Of a stretch of 64,000 bases of DNA, positions 1 through 11,052 are shown in pieces. How positions within the stretch are numbered: position 1 is the first letter of the stretch; each line of letters starts with the position of its first letter. Origin of the DNA: an uncultured bacterium. Its GTDB lineage: Bacteria > Patescibacteriota > Minisyncoccia > SW-4-49-11. Both the position numbers and the translations under genes were made by a program. The DNA lies in contig CALMJI010000018.1 in the NCBI GenBank assembly GCA_937864235.1, positions 73,955 to 137,954 on the forward strand, written 5' to 3'. The notes under the pieces were generated by a model. That model saw only the letters and a program-made list of their open reading frames with translations. It had not been told where the DNA came from and did no database searches.

Positions 1-26
1 TAATAAGTGGAATTTAGTATAACTAT

Positions 27-1412
27 ATGAAGAAATGGTATAATACAATCAAAGAAATTGCCGGACCATTAGTAGTAGTGGAAAAGGTACCTCAAGTAGC
101 CTTTGAGGAAATTGTCGAAATTAGAGATTCCAAAGGTAATATCAGGAAAGGAAGAGTACTAGAAGCTGGAAAAGATACCGCAGTAGTGCAGTTATTCACC
201 AGCACCGACGGACTAGATGTAGAGTCTGCTGAAATAGCTTTCTTGGGAGAAACCTTAAAATTCGGGGTGTCAGATAGTATGTTAGGACGAGTCTTCACCG
301 GAGCTGGGAAAGTCAAAGACGGAGGACCCGAGATTATAGCTGAGAAATATCTAGATATCAATGGCTCCCCTATTAATCCAGGAATGCGACAATTCCCAAG
401 CGAATTTATCCAAACTGGAATCTCTACCATAGATGGACTCAATGCCCTAGTAAGAGGACAAAAACTTCCAATTTTCTCAGGATCTGGATTACCACATTCC
501 GAAATAGCCACCCAAATTGCCGAACAAGCTCAAGTGGTAGCCCTACAAAATGGTACAGATTTAGTACAAGCTGAAGAACCTTTTGTAGTAATCTTTGCCG
601 CTATGGGAGTGACTTTTGAGGAAGCACAATTCTTCATAGATTCTTTTGAAAAAACAGGAGCTATGGAGCGAGCAGCTTTGTTTATCAATACCGCAAGCGA
701 CCCAATTGTAGAGAGAATTACTCTGCCGCGATTGGCACTTACCTTAGGAGAATATCTAGCCTTTGAGAAAAATATGCATGTACTTGTCATCCTAACCGAT
801 ATGACAAACTATGCCGATGCCCTAAGAGAAGTATCAGCCTCTCGAAAAGAAATTCCAGGACGACGAGGATATCCGGGGTATCTATATACCGACCTCGCAA
901 CTCTTTATGAAAGAGCCGGGATAGTCAAAGGTTCCACAGGTTCCCTGACCCAAATTCCTATCCTGACAATGCCAGATGATGACAAACAACATCCAATCCC
1001 AGATTTAACCGGATACATCACCGAGGGACAAATTATGGTCAATCGAGAATTACATAATCAAGGAATATACCCACCGATACAACCAATCGGATCCTTATCA
1101 CGAATTGGAGTTAATAAAAAATACAGCCGAGAAGATTTATCCGCCGTCAAAGAGCAAATGGCTTCCTCCTATGCCAAAGGTATAGAAATCAAAGAATTAG
1201 CCCTAATTCTGGGAGAATCAGCCCTATCCGAGACAGATAAAGCATATATCAAGTTCGCTGAAGCCTTTGAAAATAGATATATAAGACAAGGAAGACGAGA
1301 AAACCGTACAATTCTAGATACACTAGATTTATCTTGGGACTTATTATCAATCCTACCGAAAAAAGAACTCAAGAAAATCAAGCCCGAGTTTATAGATAAA
1401 TACTCCAAATAA
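27..1412 (+). CDS. ntpB: V/A-type ATP synthase subunit B
   Basis: Motifs [52 protein letters not shown] and [15 protein letters not shown] are typical of the V/A-ATPase B subunit. Confidence 0.97.
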   Translation: MKKWYNTIKEIAGPLVVVEKVPQVAFEEIVEIRDSKGNIRKGRVLEAGKDTAVVQLFTSTDGLDVESAEIAFLGETLKFGVSDSMLGRVFTGAGKVKDGGPEIIAEKYLDINGSPINPGMRQFPSEFIQTGISTIDGLNALVRGQKLPIFSGSGLPHSEIATQIAEQAQVVALQNGTDLVQAEEPFVVIFAAMGVTFEEAQFFIDSFEKTGAMERAALFINTASDPIVERITLPRLALTLGEYLAFEKNMHVLVILTDMTNYADALREVSASRKEIPGRRGYPGYLYTDLATLYERAGIVKGSTGSLTQIPILTMPDDDKQHPIPDLTGYITEGQIMVNRELHNQGIYPPIQPIGSLSRIGVNKKYSREDLSAVKEQMASSYAKGIEIKELALILGESALSETDKAYIKFAEAFENRYIRQGRRENRTILDTLDLSWDLLSILPKKELKKIKPEFIDKYSK

Positions 1413-1414
1413 GT

Positions 1415-2029
1415 ATGCCCGCCGTCAAACCGACCAGACAAGAAGCCCTCAAACTCAAAAAGAAGATTAAAACCGCTTCTCGCGGACATAGTTTGCTCAC
1501 TGACAAAAGAGATGGACTAATCCAAGAATTTCTAGCCATTATCCAAGAAGTAATCAAATTAAGAGGAGAATTAACCCCCAAAATTGTAGAAGCCATACAA
1601 TTATTTGAATTCGCTCAAACCAAAATCTCCACCGAAGCTATCCAAGAGCTAATACATCTCTCCCAAGCCAAAACTTATCTAGAATTACAAAAAAAATCTA
1701 TTATGGGAGTCACTATCCCACATATAATCACCCATTTACAGGGAGACCCTTTTCAATATGGAACATTAGGCACCCCCAAAGATTTAGACCACGCCCTCTT
1801 AACCTTACAAAATATACTACCACTATTAGTCAAATTAGCAGAGATAGAATTCACCGCCAGACTACTAGCCGAGGAAATAGAAGCCACCAGACGACGAGTC
1901 AATGCACTAGAATATGTCATTATTCCCGAGATGAAAACCAATCTCAAATCCATCCAAAATGCCCTAGACGAACTCACCCGCCAAGAAAAAGTCACAATTA
2001 TGAAGGTGAAAGAAATTTTGGGGCTGTAA
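1415..2029 (+). CDS. ntpD: V/A-type ATP synthase subunit D
   Basis: N-terminal PTR..L..LK.....A.RGH.LL.DKRDGL and C-terminal EIEATRRRVNALEYVIIP; directly follows subunit B. Confidence 0.95.
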   Translation: MPAVKPTRQEALKLKKKIKTASRGHSLLTDKRDGLIQEFLAIIQEVIKLRGELTPKIVEAIQLFEFAQTKISTEAIQELIHLSQAKTYLELQKKSIMGVTIPHIITHLQGDPFQYGTLGTPKDLDHALLTLQNILPLLVKLAEIEFTARLLAEEIEATRRRVNALEYVIIPEMKTNLKSIQNALDELTRQEKVTIMKVKEILGL

Positions 2030-2043
2030 TTAAGTATACTTAC

Positions 2044-3129
2044 TCAGCTCTGACTATTGCTTGAATATTTTTCTTTTACAGACTCCCAGAGTCTTTTTGC
2101 AAATTCTAATTTTTGCTCATCTGGAGCATTTTTGATAAATGGCATTCTTTTACCTAAGTAGTTATATTTATTTAAATTATATAGGAAGTAATTTATAAAT
2201 TGCTCTTCGGTTGGATTATCGGGGTGTTCTTTGAAAAACTTACCTATGAATGATCTATCATTTTCGTCTTTCTCCTCTTCAATATGTCTTAGTTCTTCCA
2301 TTCTATCTCTAAAACTATTCAGTAATGCATTCTCTCCATAAATACTAGCTGCAATTTCATTCACTGCTGGGATCAAATCTTTATTTTCTGCAATTCTAGA
2401 AGTCGTGAATTCTTTATTCCCATTCAAAGCAGATGCTAAATTACCCAAATATACTCTACCCCTACCTTCTTGTGCTGGCATTACTACAAAATGATCAAAG
2501 ACCGTATTAGTCCCATCCAAAAAGTCCGACTCTCTCAGAGTGTATTCTTGTATTTTACACTCAGCCATTGTATTAATATCCTTATAACCTTCCAAAGCTT
2601 GTTTTGGGAAAGTAAAATAAAGGTTATTATTGGCATCAAAATAAACTAAAGTATCCCCTGCTTGCTCTATAATTAAGAAAGTATGTCCAGGAGCCTGGAT
2701 GGTAGTATGCTCAATATTATGACTTTGCAGATAAGTTGAAGCTATCAATGTCCTACCAGCACATTCTAAATGTCCCGACTCCATAATAGACCTAATCAGC
2801 ACACCATCTTGAGGTGCATCTGGATCAAGTTCCGCTGTATCAGCATTGCTTTGCAGAAGCTTAAATAGTTCATAAGGCAAATCCTGTACCTCCACTCCCT
2901 CAAGACTTTGCTCAATTTCCTGATATCTTGGTAAAGCTTTGGTAGACTCTATCAGTGTACCTTCAAAATCATCTAATTTAATCTCCTCACTAATTCCCAA
3001 ACTCTCTAAAACGACCTTATTAGCCTCCTCCATTTGCTCTGGAGTAACTTCCTGTTCTACACCTGAGCCCTCAGCCAATTCTTCAGCTTCCTCAACTTTC
3101 CTAAAATTACCTCCATTTTCAATACCCAT
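2044..3129 (-). CDS. hypothetical acidic protein with possible transglutaminase-like Cys-His-Asp core
   Basis: 361-aa ORF; motifs ECAGRTL, APGHTFLI and YFDANN occur in transglutaminase-like order. Confidence 0.55.
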   Translation of the reverse strand: MGIENGGNFRKVEEAEELAEGSGVEQEVTPEQMEEANKVVLESLGISEEIKLDDFEGTLIESTKALPRYQEIEQSLEGVEVQDLPYELFKLLQSNADTAELDPDAPQDGVLIRSIMESGHLECAGRTLIASTYLQSHNIEHTTIQAPGHTFLIIEQAGDTLVYFDANNNLYFTFPKQALEGYKDINTMAECKIQEYTLRESDFLDGTNTVFDHFVVMPAQEGRGRVYLGNLASALNGNKEFTTSRIAENKDLIPAVNEIAASIYGENALLNSFRDRMEELRHIEEEKDENDRSFIGKFFKEHPDNPTEEQFINYFLYNLNKYNYLGKRMPFIKNAPDEQKLEFAKRLWESVKEKYSSNSQS

Positions 3130-3183
3130 ATTTTTTAGTTTACTATATTGATTATATCATACTCTGTGGGAGAATCTTAAGAT

Positions 3184-4032
3184 TTAGACTTTTTTATCCT
3201 GATTCAAATAATTTTTAGACTTTTGTAATTTTTTTGCATTCTTAGGAGAAATAATACTTTTTCCTGTTTGTTTCTCTAATGTTATTCTTGCTTGTTTAGC
3301 AACATTACCCCCTTCTTTTGCTACTTTTTTGTTTTCATTCAATCCTTTTGGCTTTTGTTCTTTTGAAATTTCGGCAGTAGAGGCTTCGGCTAACATATTC
3401 AAAACTAGCTCAAGATTAGTCATATTATCTCTTAGATTTTGTTTTTTGAGACCTTTAAAATTTTTATATTGCCTTACTGATTTATCTGCCCAGGCTTTTG
3501 TGATTTCATCTGTTAAAATTGCATATTCTAAACCTTCTTGAACCCCTCTTTCAGTCCATTCATCAGTTAACTCTTTTCTAATCTCAATACTTTTTAATCT
3601 TTGATTAATCCAATTTGGAGAATATCCTTTCTTGAGATAAGTTTTCATTGCTCTTTCAAAAGCAAGCTCTGGATCCTCAGTCTCCTCTATTCTCTCATAT
3701 CCAACCTTTGCTAACCAAAGTTTGAAAGGTTCAGCTTTTGGGGATGGAATTGATTGAATGAGTCTTAAAATATTTTCCGTATCTAGTACATCAGTAAGGT
3801 AGCTTTTACCATCAGACGATTTCATTTTCAGTTGTCCGATTTTTTCGGACAACTGACTTCCTTCTTCTGAAAGCTTTTTTTTAAGATCATTCCAATACTT
3901 TCTAGGTCTTTGAGTGTCTGTTAAAATCTCAATTACATCCACAACCGAAAAATACCAGAGTTCTTTCTCTCCATCCCAAGTTCTACGAACCTGCTTTTGA
4001 TTGAATATTATTATGGAACTATCTTTTTTCAT
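3184..4032 (-). CDS. Bro-N domain protein (phage antirepressor-like)
   Basis: VRRTWD..WYFSVVDVI, LRLIQSIPSPKAEPFKLWLA and QNLRDNMTNLELVLNMLAE. Confidence 0.85.
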   Translation of the reverse strand: MKKDSSIIIFNQKQVRRTWDGEKELWYFSVVDVIEILTDTQRPRKYWNDLKKKLSEEGSQLSEKIGQLKMKSSDGKSYLTDVLDTENILRLIQSIPSPKAEPFKLWLAKVGYERIEETEDPELAFERAMKTYLKKGYSPNWINQRLKSIEIRKELTDEWTERGVQEGLEYAILTDEITKAWADKSVRQYKNFKGLKKQNLRDNMTNLELVLNMLAEASTAEISKEQKPKGLNENKKVAKEGGNVAKQARITLEKQTGKSIISPKNAKKLQKSKNYLNQDKKV

Positions 4033-4092
4033 AGTTTTTAGTTTATACTATATAAATATTATAACATACTACCTATTTTTACTCCCAAAAAT

Positions 4093-4563
4093 CTATTTTC
4101 CCAATCTTTTATTATATTTTTGTAGGCATAATTGATAACCTTCATCTATTAGCGGAAGTATTGTCTTTAATGTAGAGTTTGTTGGGTTAATAACACATAT
4201 CCATGACATCCAACCATATACTGGATGTGGAATAATTATGTTTTTTGATGTAAAATCATAATTCATATCTATTACCTTTCCTGCTTGTGGGCGATTTGGT
4301 ATACAGCCAAACAACTTAATAAATGTCTCCCTGCTTATGCCTAAATTCAATCTATAAAGATCTGGACTTATATTAAGATTAGATGATTTATCATTATCTC
4401 CATCTTTCTGCTTAAAAGTTAATAAATAGACTCCTTTTTTTAATTTATGTTCTGGATTATAAAATAAACCTATTTCTCCCCAATTTTTATTGACTACAAA
4501 ACCAGAATACTGATTGGTGATTATTTGTATAATTTCGTCTATTGTAAGTATCTTATCTTTCAT
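4093..4563 (-). CDS. DUF6194-like protein
   Basis: WGE.GLFYNP, YRLNLGI and PHPVYGWMSWICVINP motifs. Confidence 0.7.
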   Translation of the reverse strand: MKDKILTIDEIIQIITNQYSGFVVNKNWGEIGLFYNPEHKLKKGVYLLTFKQKDGDNDKSSNLNISPDLYRLNLGISRETFIKLFGCIPNRPQAGKVIDMNYDFTSKNIIIPHPVYGWMSWICVINPTNSTLKTILPLIDEGYQLCLQKYNKRLGK

Positions 4564-4564
4564 C

Positions 4565-7276
4565 TTACTTCCCCTCCAATCTCGCTCGCCATTTGTAGAG
4601 TTCGGCTACAGCTATGACTACGACGATGGAGATAATTCCATAGTAAATAGAATCATATAGAGAGACTGGGGTGAATTGTAATATTCGCTGTAGGAACGGG
4701 AGGGTTATCATAGCTGCTAAGATTAGAGCTGAGGCAGCAACGGCTAGATTTATTATCTTATTAGAGAAGAATCCGATGCTGAATAGAGATTCCTTTGGGG
4801 ATCTCATATTATAGGTGTTCGCTAATTGCATCAGGGATAAACAGAGGAAAAACATTGTTCTTGCCTGCTCAATTCCATTACCCAAATAGGCTAAGAAAAT
4901 CCAGAAGCCTAAAGCGGTCATAGTCAAGGTCATCAAGATAATATATGGATATGTATTAGGTGATACTACTTTCATATTAGCGGGGAGTGGTTTTTCTAAC
5001 AGAATTCCTTGATGACTTCGCTCGGTGGCAAGAGCAATATCTGAAATTCCATTGGTGACTAAATTTAGACACAACACCTGTATTGCCAAAAGTGGTAGCG
5101 GTAGCCCCAGGCTAAGTGTCAACATAAATAATAAAATCTCAGCAATACTAGTAGTAATGAGGAAAATACTAGTCTGTTGTACATTACGGAATATTACTCT
5201 CCCCTCTTCTAGAGCCGAGATAATACTGACAAAATTATCATCAGTGAGTACAATATCACTGGCTTCCCTTGCAACATCGGTGCCTCTGATGCCCATAGCT
5301 ATGCCTATATCGGCTTTTTTGAGGGCTGGGGCATCATTTACCCCATCTCCAGTCATAGCCACGATATGCTTGTGTTTTTGTAAAATACTAGCTACTCTGA
5401 GCTTACTTCTTGGGCTAAGCCTAGCTATCACAGAAATATTTTTTAATTTTTTATATAATTCTTTATCAGATAAAGCTTGGATTTCATCATCAGTCAAAGC
5501 TTCTCCTGTCTCGTCTATCAAATCAATAGATTTGGCAATCGCAAGAGCAGTATCTTTATGGTCTCCTGTCGCCATAATTACTCTGACTCCAGCTTTTTTG
5601 GCCTGTGCAATAGCCTCTGCTACTTCAGCTCTGGGAGGATCTATAATCCCAACTATACCTATAAAGACTAAATTTTGCACTTGCTCAGCTTGAATAGATT
5701 TTAGACCAGCCTGCTCATCCCTATAAGCAAGAGCTATGACTCGCATAGCTTGTTTTGAGAAATCTATTATTTGCTGATTAACCTCTTTTATATGCTCAGC
5801 AGTTAAGTCTACTATATTACCTTTTTTATCTAAAATTTTATTACTTAATTTGAGTAAAGTCTCACTAGCTCCTATCACCATCAACTGATGTAAATCCTGA
5901 TCCTGATTATATACATAGCTGGCTCGGAATTTATTCTCCGAGCGAAATGGTAAATCTGCTAATCTATGCCATTCATTGTCTAATACATCTTTATTTAGAT
6001 TAGCTTTTAGAGATAAGACAGACAATGCTACCTCTGTCGGGTCTCCGATACTTTTAGTGCTAGACTGACCATTATCCAAAACTTCTTCGTACAATTGACC
6101 ATTATGAGCTAACCCAGCAATATGTAATAATTTAGCAATAGAAGGACAGTCTAAGGGGAGAATTTCATTATTATTTTGTTTGAATTCACCTTGTTTCTCT
6201 AGCCCCCTACCAGTGACATCTACTATAGGCTCATCTAGTACATACAATTTTTGTACTGTCATATTATTCTCAGTCAAAGTCCCAGTTTTATCTGTAATAA
6301 TCGTATCCATCACGGCTAGAGATTCTGTAACAGGCAGAGATCTAATAATTGCTTTTTTATCACTCATTCTCTTAGCCCCTATGGCTAACACCACTACCAA
6401 AACTACTGGTAAACTCTCAGGTATTCCACCTACCAGAGCAGATAAAGTAAATCCTATCATCTCATCTAGAGGTAAATTCCTAAACCAAAACCCAATCACA
6501 AACAAGATTGCCGCCGAACTAAAAGCAAAAATTGCCAACTGACGAGCCAAAGTAGCAGTCTGGGTATGAAAATGAGTTTCCTCCAGTGGTACTTTTTGGA
6601 TGTCATCAGCAATAGAGCCAATTTGAGTATTCATACCAGTAGCTACTACAACAGCTTTTGCCCAACCAGTAGCCACTAAAGTACCCATCCAAACTAAATT
6701 ACTTCTATCCCCAATCCCAACTTCTTCTGTAATAATATCTATAGATTTAGAAGAAGGTTGAGACTCCCCTGTCAAAGCCGCCTCTATAGTCTGTAATTCT
6801 ACAGACTCAATCAGCCTAGCATCAGCTGGGACTTTATCTCCCTCCTCTAGAACAATAATATCTCCCGGCACCAAATCTTTAGCATTATGCTCTTCTAGAT
6901 GCCCATCCCGATACACTTTAGTCTTGACTAGAATTTTCTGAGCCAAAGCAGATACAGCCCGTTCAGCTCTATATTCCTGAGAGAACCCAATAATAGAATT
7001 AATTACCACTATTACAATAATAATCCAAAAATCAACCCAATGATTAAATACAGCCGACAGTATAGCCGACAATAATAAAACATAAACCAAGCCATTATGA
7101 AATTGTTTTAAGAATAGCCAAATTGGAGATTCTACTTGCTTTTCTGACAGTATATTCTCTCCAAACTTTACTCTCCTAGTTATAGCTTCCTTGGAAGTGA
7201 TTCCAGTAAAATTAGAGTTCATATCAGCTAAAGATTCCTCAACGGATAGCTGATAATAGTTTTTGAATTTTTGCAT
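4565..7276 (-). CDS. cation-transporting P-type ATPase (type II, Ca2+-like)
   Basis: DKTGTLT phosphorylation motif, TGES, GDPTE, TGDGVNDAPALK and multiple TM segments. Confidence 0.95.
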   Translation of the reverse strand: MQKFKNYYQLSVEESLADMNSNFTGITSKEAITRRVKFGENILSEKQVESPIWLFLKQFHNGLVYVLLLSAILSAVFNHWVDFWIIIVIVVINSIIGFSQEYRAERAVSALAQKILVKTKVYRDGHLEEHNAKDLVPGDIIVLEEGDKVPADARLIESVELQTIEAALTGESQPSSKSIDIITEEVGIGDRSNLVWMGTLVATGWAKAVVVATGMNTQIGSIADDIQKVPLEETHFHTQTATLARQLAIFAFSSAAILFVIGFWFRNLPLDEMIGFTLSALVGGIPESLPVVLVVVLAIGAKRMSDKKAIIRSLPVTESLAVMDTIITDKTGTLTENNMTVQKLYVLDEPIVDVTGRGLEKQGEFKQNNNEILPLDCPSIAKLLHIAGLAHNGQLYEEVLDNGQSSTKSIGDPTEVALSVLSLKANLNKDVLDNEWHRLADLPFRSENKFRASYVYNQDQDLHQLMVIGASETLLKLSNKILDKKGNIVDLTAEHIKEVNQQIIDFSKQAMRVIALAYRDEQAGLKSIQAEQVQNLVFIGIVGIIDPPRAEVAEAIAQAKKAGVRVIMATGDHKDTALAIAKSIDLIDETGEALTDDEIQALSDKELYKKLKNISVIARLSPRSKLRVASILQKHKHIVAMTGDGVNDAPALKKADIGIAMGIRGTDVAREASDIVLTDDNFVSIISALEEGRVIFRNVQQTSIFLITTSIAEILLFMLTLSLGLPLPLLAIQVLCLNLVTNGISDIALATERSHQGILLEKPLPANMKVVSPNTYPYIILMTLTMTALGFWIFLAYLGNGIEQARTMFFLCLSLMQLANTYNMRSPKESLFSIGFFSNKIINLAVAASALILAAMITLPFLQRILQFTPVSLYDSIYYGIISIVVVIAVAELYKWRARLEGK

Positions 7277-7323
7277 ATTTTGGATATTAATTTATTTATA
7301 TAGTTATTATATCATAATTAATA

Positions 7324-8937
7324 TCAGTTTACATATTTATCTATAGGGGGGTGTTTGGGTAATTTAATTTCAAATAAAGCACCTTTATCTATTCCTGAGT
7401 TTTTAAATTTTAATGTCCCATGATGCAGCTCAACAATAGTTTTAGAAATAAACAAACCAAAGCCTGATCCATTAGGATTACGGTCATCTACTCCACCAGC
7501 TCTAAAGCCTGGATGGAAAATTTTATCTTTTACTCTTACATCAACCCCATTACCATTATCCCTAAACCTAATTCTTAATCTATCACCTTCATCAATCAAA
7601 GTAATCCAAACTTTGTTTTTGCCATAATAGATTGCATTAGATAATAGATTCTGAAACACACTTTTCATTCTAACATTATCTATATTAGCCAAAAAGCTTT
7701 CTCCTATAGTCTTCATAATAACTTTTGTGTTGAAATGATCCAAAATATGTTTATTATCTTGAATTAGATAGTTTAACTCTTCTCTAATATCAATATTTGG
7801 TCTAGTAACAACCCCAAATCTATTAGCTCTAATTGCATTCAAAGATAACACATCATTTACCAACTCTACTAATCTCTGAGTATTAATATATACTTTTACT
7901 ATATCGTTCTTGGTATACTCATTCATTTTATATTTACCTTGCCACTGTTCTAGAATTAGAGACAAAAATCCATTCAAAGAAGTAAGTGGAGTTCTAAGTT
8001 GATGAGAAGTCATTCTTAAGAATAAATCTTTTGACTCTATAGTCTCTAATAGTTTTTTATTAGAAATATCTAATTCTTTTTCTCTTTGAATCCCAGCCAA
8101 CAATTCTTTAAATAAATTATAAGCCAAAATAACGAAAATTATAAAGAATATAACACTAACTGCAAACTCATAAAAACTATTAGAAAGAAAAATATAGATA
8201 AATAAGATAATACCCATAATTCCGAGTAAAATTTCTGACAGAATCATCTTAATATTAAAGAGATGATGTTTGAAAATTGCGTAGGTGGTGAAGATTCCCA
8301 CAAATACCATACCCAGAGGACCAAATTTAGACAAATCAGAAGAGCCAAATATAAGAGGATAAATTAAGTTAGTAAATAACCCTATCCAAAAACTTAAAGA
8401 AATACCTATTACAAAAAATCTTAACTGTAATTTTTCTATTTTCTTTCTAGTAGTAAAAAATCTTTGTAGTATACGAATATAAGCATTTAAAAATAGAGAT
8501 AAATATGCAATTCCATATAATAAATAAAAATTACCATATTCAAATTTATATTGATTAATACCTATTACCACAACATCTTTCACAATAGCTGGAGTAAAAA
8601 TGAATATATAACCCAATATTAATATAATAAACCAGTATATTATAGGATTCCAAATTTTTTTCCTCAAATATACTCTTTCAAATAAAACTAATCCTGTAAC
8701 TGTTATTATGGCACCCCAAAAAGCTATTCTAATCAAGTACAAAGTATTGAGACCCAATATATTTGAGACAATATATACTCCTTCTTCATTATATATTAAA
8801 TTTAAAGACAACCCCCAAATAACTGCCCCTATAAGTGTAATCCCAAATAATTTACCTTTTGCTTTACTAGCTAAGACCAAAATAAACAAAGCTAGTATAA
8901 TTGTTATAACAGCTGTACTCAGTATTGTATACGACAT
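7324..8937 (-). CDS. membrane-embedded (HisKA_7TM-like) sensor histidine kinase
   Basis: Multi-TM N-terminus; H-box SHQLRTPLT; N-box NLLSNAIYY; G-boxes DNGNG and GSGFGL. Confidence 0.9.
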   Translation of the reverse strand: MSYTILSTAVITIILALFILVLASKAKGKLFGITLIGAVIWGLSLNLIYNEEGVYIVSNILGLNTLYLIRIAFWGAIITVTGLVLFERVYLRKKIWNPIIYWFIILILGYIFIFTPAIVKDVVVIGINQYKFEYGNFYLLYGIAYLSLFLNAYIRILQRFFTTRKKIEKLQLRFFVIGISLSFWIGLFTNLIYPLIFGSSDLSKFGPLGMVFVGIFTTYAIFKHHLFNIKMILSEILLGIMGIILFIYIFLSNSFYEFAVSVIFFIIFVILAYNLFKELLAGIQREKELDISNKKLLETIESKDLFLRMTSHQLRTPLTSLNGFLSLILEQWQGKYKMNEYTKNDIVKVYINTQRLVELVNDVLSLNAIRANRFGVVTRPNIDIREELNYLIQDNKHILDHFNTKVIMKTIGESFLANIDNVRMKSVFQNLLSNAIYYGKNKVWITLIDEGDRLRIRFRDNGNGVDVRVKDKIFHPGFRAGGVDDRNPNGSGFGLFISKTIVELHHGTLKFKNSGIDKGALFEIKLPKHPPIDKYVN

Positions 8938-8973
8938 AATTTTTGTTTTTTATTATTTTTATAATAATTATAA

Positions 8974-9840
8974 CTATCTAATAAAAAATTTTATTAATTG
9001 GTTCACTTCTAATTCTAATGTACAAACTTCTATTTCCTCAGATCTTGCAAAATACCCTTTAATTTCTTCTCTAGCTTTATAGTTATGTGGAGTTAAAGGT
9101 AACATTGTAGGAGATGTGAATTTAATATTAAAAACTTTCTCAATATGATTTTTTAATTTAGGATGTTTCAACATTACCATTATAAACCTTTTTCTACTTT
9201 TTAACAAATACAGATATAACTTCAGTCCCAATAATACAGTAACCAAAGGGTTTTTAGTCTTTTTTGCTCTATAATCTGGATCATTAACCCATCTACCAAC
9301 ATCCACATACTCTGTTAATTCATCCTCTGCTATATCTAAGTTAAAATAATTTAAAGTAGACAACCTAGTTAATTTATTATAAAAAATAATCCTCAATGTC
9401 CCGACAACCTTTTTATCTTTTATAACAACTAAGTTTGTAGAAAACGGATCATAATCATCAACAAAGATATTGTGTTCTTTTGAATCATTAATATATCCAG
9501 TCTCCAAATAAACCTTATGCCGTAATTTGTAAACTTCTTCTAATAGATGTCCATCCGCTTTTTGAACTTTAAATCCTTGTAAATGTGCTATACAATCTAA
9601 AAACCTTACAGCAATTTCAATAAATAAAATTTCAATAGATCGTATAATCTCTCTATAATTTATCAAAAACACAGACCAAGTTAAACCTAGGATTATAGCA
9701 ATATTCGTCCATATTGTAGCATCCCAAATAAAAAACTGTCCCAATATCAGTATGATTATAATAAATATAATCGCATTCAATAAAATATTTCCTACCATAA
9801 TTAAATCAATTCTACCAAATTTTCCCGCACTATACCACAT
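8974..9840 (-). CDS. membrane-anchored GNAT acyltransferase, LuxI/FeeM (N-acyl amino acid synthase)-like
   Basis: Two N-terminal TM helices followed by YKLRHKVYLETGY, DDYD, VVGTLRI and DVGRW motifs of the AHL-synthase/FeeM fold. Confidence 0.7.
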   Translation of the reverse strand: MWYSAGKFGRIDLIMVGNILLNAIIFIIIILILGQFFIWDATIWTNIAIILGLTWSVFLINYREIIRSIEILFIEIAVRFLDCIAHLQGFKVQKADGHLLEEVYKLRHKVYLETGYINDSKEHNIFVDDYDPFSTNLVVIKDKKVVGTLRIIFYNKLTRLSTLNYFNLDIAEDELTEYVDVGRWVNDPDYRAKKTKNPLVTVLLGLKLYLYLLKSRKRFIMVMLKHPKLKNHIEKVFNIKFTSPTMLPLTPHNYKAREEIKGYFARSEEIEVCTLELEVNQLIKFFIR

Positions 9841-9876
9841 TTATAAATTTTTGTCAATATCTGTCAAACAAAAATA

Positions 9877-10578
9877 TCATCTCAAAATCACCGTCATAGA
9901 CTTAAGTTCTCGTCTTGAATACTCTGTCAAAGAGTATACTATGATAATCAAGCCCATCATTTCCATAAACTCCTCGATATGTGACAATTCTACATACCAA
10001 TCACTCAAGCCCTGCGTAGACAAAACAAAGCCACCTATAGCCTCTACACCTATAGCTCCAGTTACATAAGTAAGTGTTCCCAATATCAAATAAACTTTTG
10101 TATAAATAGGTATTCGCCAAATAAATCTGCTATATATAATAGAAATCAAAATAACTAAAGCCATAGCAGGGATAACCCAAGCCTGATAAAGCCATGGACT
10201 AATATCCCAATTATCACGAATTGGATCAATAGCTAATTCATGGAATCCAGCCACCTCATCCATAGCAATATAAATTCCCATCAAAGCAATACCGCGCCAA
10301 GCCCAAGATGACTTACCTTGAGACTTGACGGCTGATGCAATCAGAGCTGCATTCATAGCTAAATATAGGGCTATAACTCCCGTAAACCAAGTTGGAATAT
10401 TTGCCTCCTGATCCACACTAAAAGTACGACTAGGGTCTGACATAGAATTGTAAGACAAAGATGCTTTTTTCTCCAACAATTCATCTCCTTTTGGTGAGAC
10501 AAATGCACTAACAGATACTAATATAACGGCAATTATAGCCATCAGTAACACCACCAATCTTTGATTCCAATATATCAT
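9877..10578 (-). CDS. uncharacterised multi-pass membrane protein
   Basis: FSVDQEANIPTWF, DEVAGFHE and EEFMEMMG motifs with several TM helices. Confidence 0.7.
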   Translation of the reverse strand: MIYWNQRLVVLLMAIIAVILVSVSAFVSPKGDELLEKKASLSYNSMSDPSRTFSVDQEANIPTWFTGVIALYLAMNAALIASAVKSQGKSSWAWRGIALMGIYIAMDEVAGFHELAIDPIRDNWDISPWLYQAWVIPAMALVILISIIYSRFIWRIPIYTKVYLILGTLTYVTGAIGVEAIGGFVLSTQGLSDWYVELSHIEEFMEMMGLIIIVYSLTEYSRRELKSMTVILR

Positions 10579-10707
10579 TCTATTCTTATCAGTTCTGTCT
10601 CAAGTATTTAAAATCTATTGTACTATAAAATAATCTTTTTGAATAGAGAAAAGCAATAGATTAGTAGTGCTTAGATAAATGAGATTATATAGCAAATTGA
10701 TATAATG

Positions 10708-10972
10708 TTTGTCCTCCTTTGGAGGAGGTGGTACGGAGTACCGGAGGTGTATTGAGCTAAATTCCCCTCTTGAGGGGTGTATTTCTACTATATTTATATA
10801 GTAGAAATACGGGGTGGAATAAAATATGAAAAAAACAATCTACTCCCATACGACACAAATGTTATTTTCTACTGTCCTCCTCCATCACCTTACGGTGCCA
10901 CCTACCTCCTAAATAAATATAGGATGGACTTAAAGCTCCCCCCTGCCTACCGCAAGTAGGCAAGGGAGGACA
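10708..10972. repeat. modular GC-rich hairpin repeat cluster
   Basis: GTCCTCCTTTGGAGGAGGTGGTACGGAGTACCGGAGG, CCCCTCTTGAGGGG..ACGGGGTGGA and CCTGCCTACCGCAAGTAGGC modules that recur elsewhere in the window. Confidence 0.85.
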
Positions 10973-11052
10973 ATTTATTTATTTTTTTACAATACATCTC
11001 ATCTTTTTCAGGAAAAAACCCGACAAATAACTACTTAAAAGATATATACAAC

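Noticed and set aside
92-1995. Antisense ORFs inside long genes (here and e.g. 5025..5693, 40582..41187, 47650..48000)
   Set aside because: Shadow frames of well-supported genes on the opposite strand.
3184-4563. Bro-N gene as a prophage marker
   Set aside because: No phage structural, integrase or replication genes nearby; solitary Bro-N genes are common.
7262-7290. P-type ATPase also begins MQKF like the PemK genes
   Set aside because: The upstream leader does not match the shared toxin leader; probably chance.
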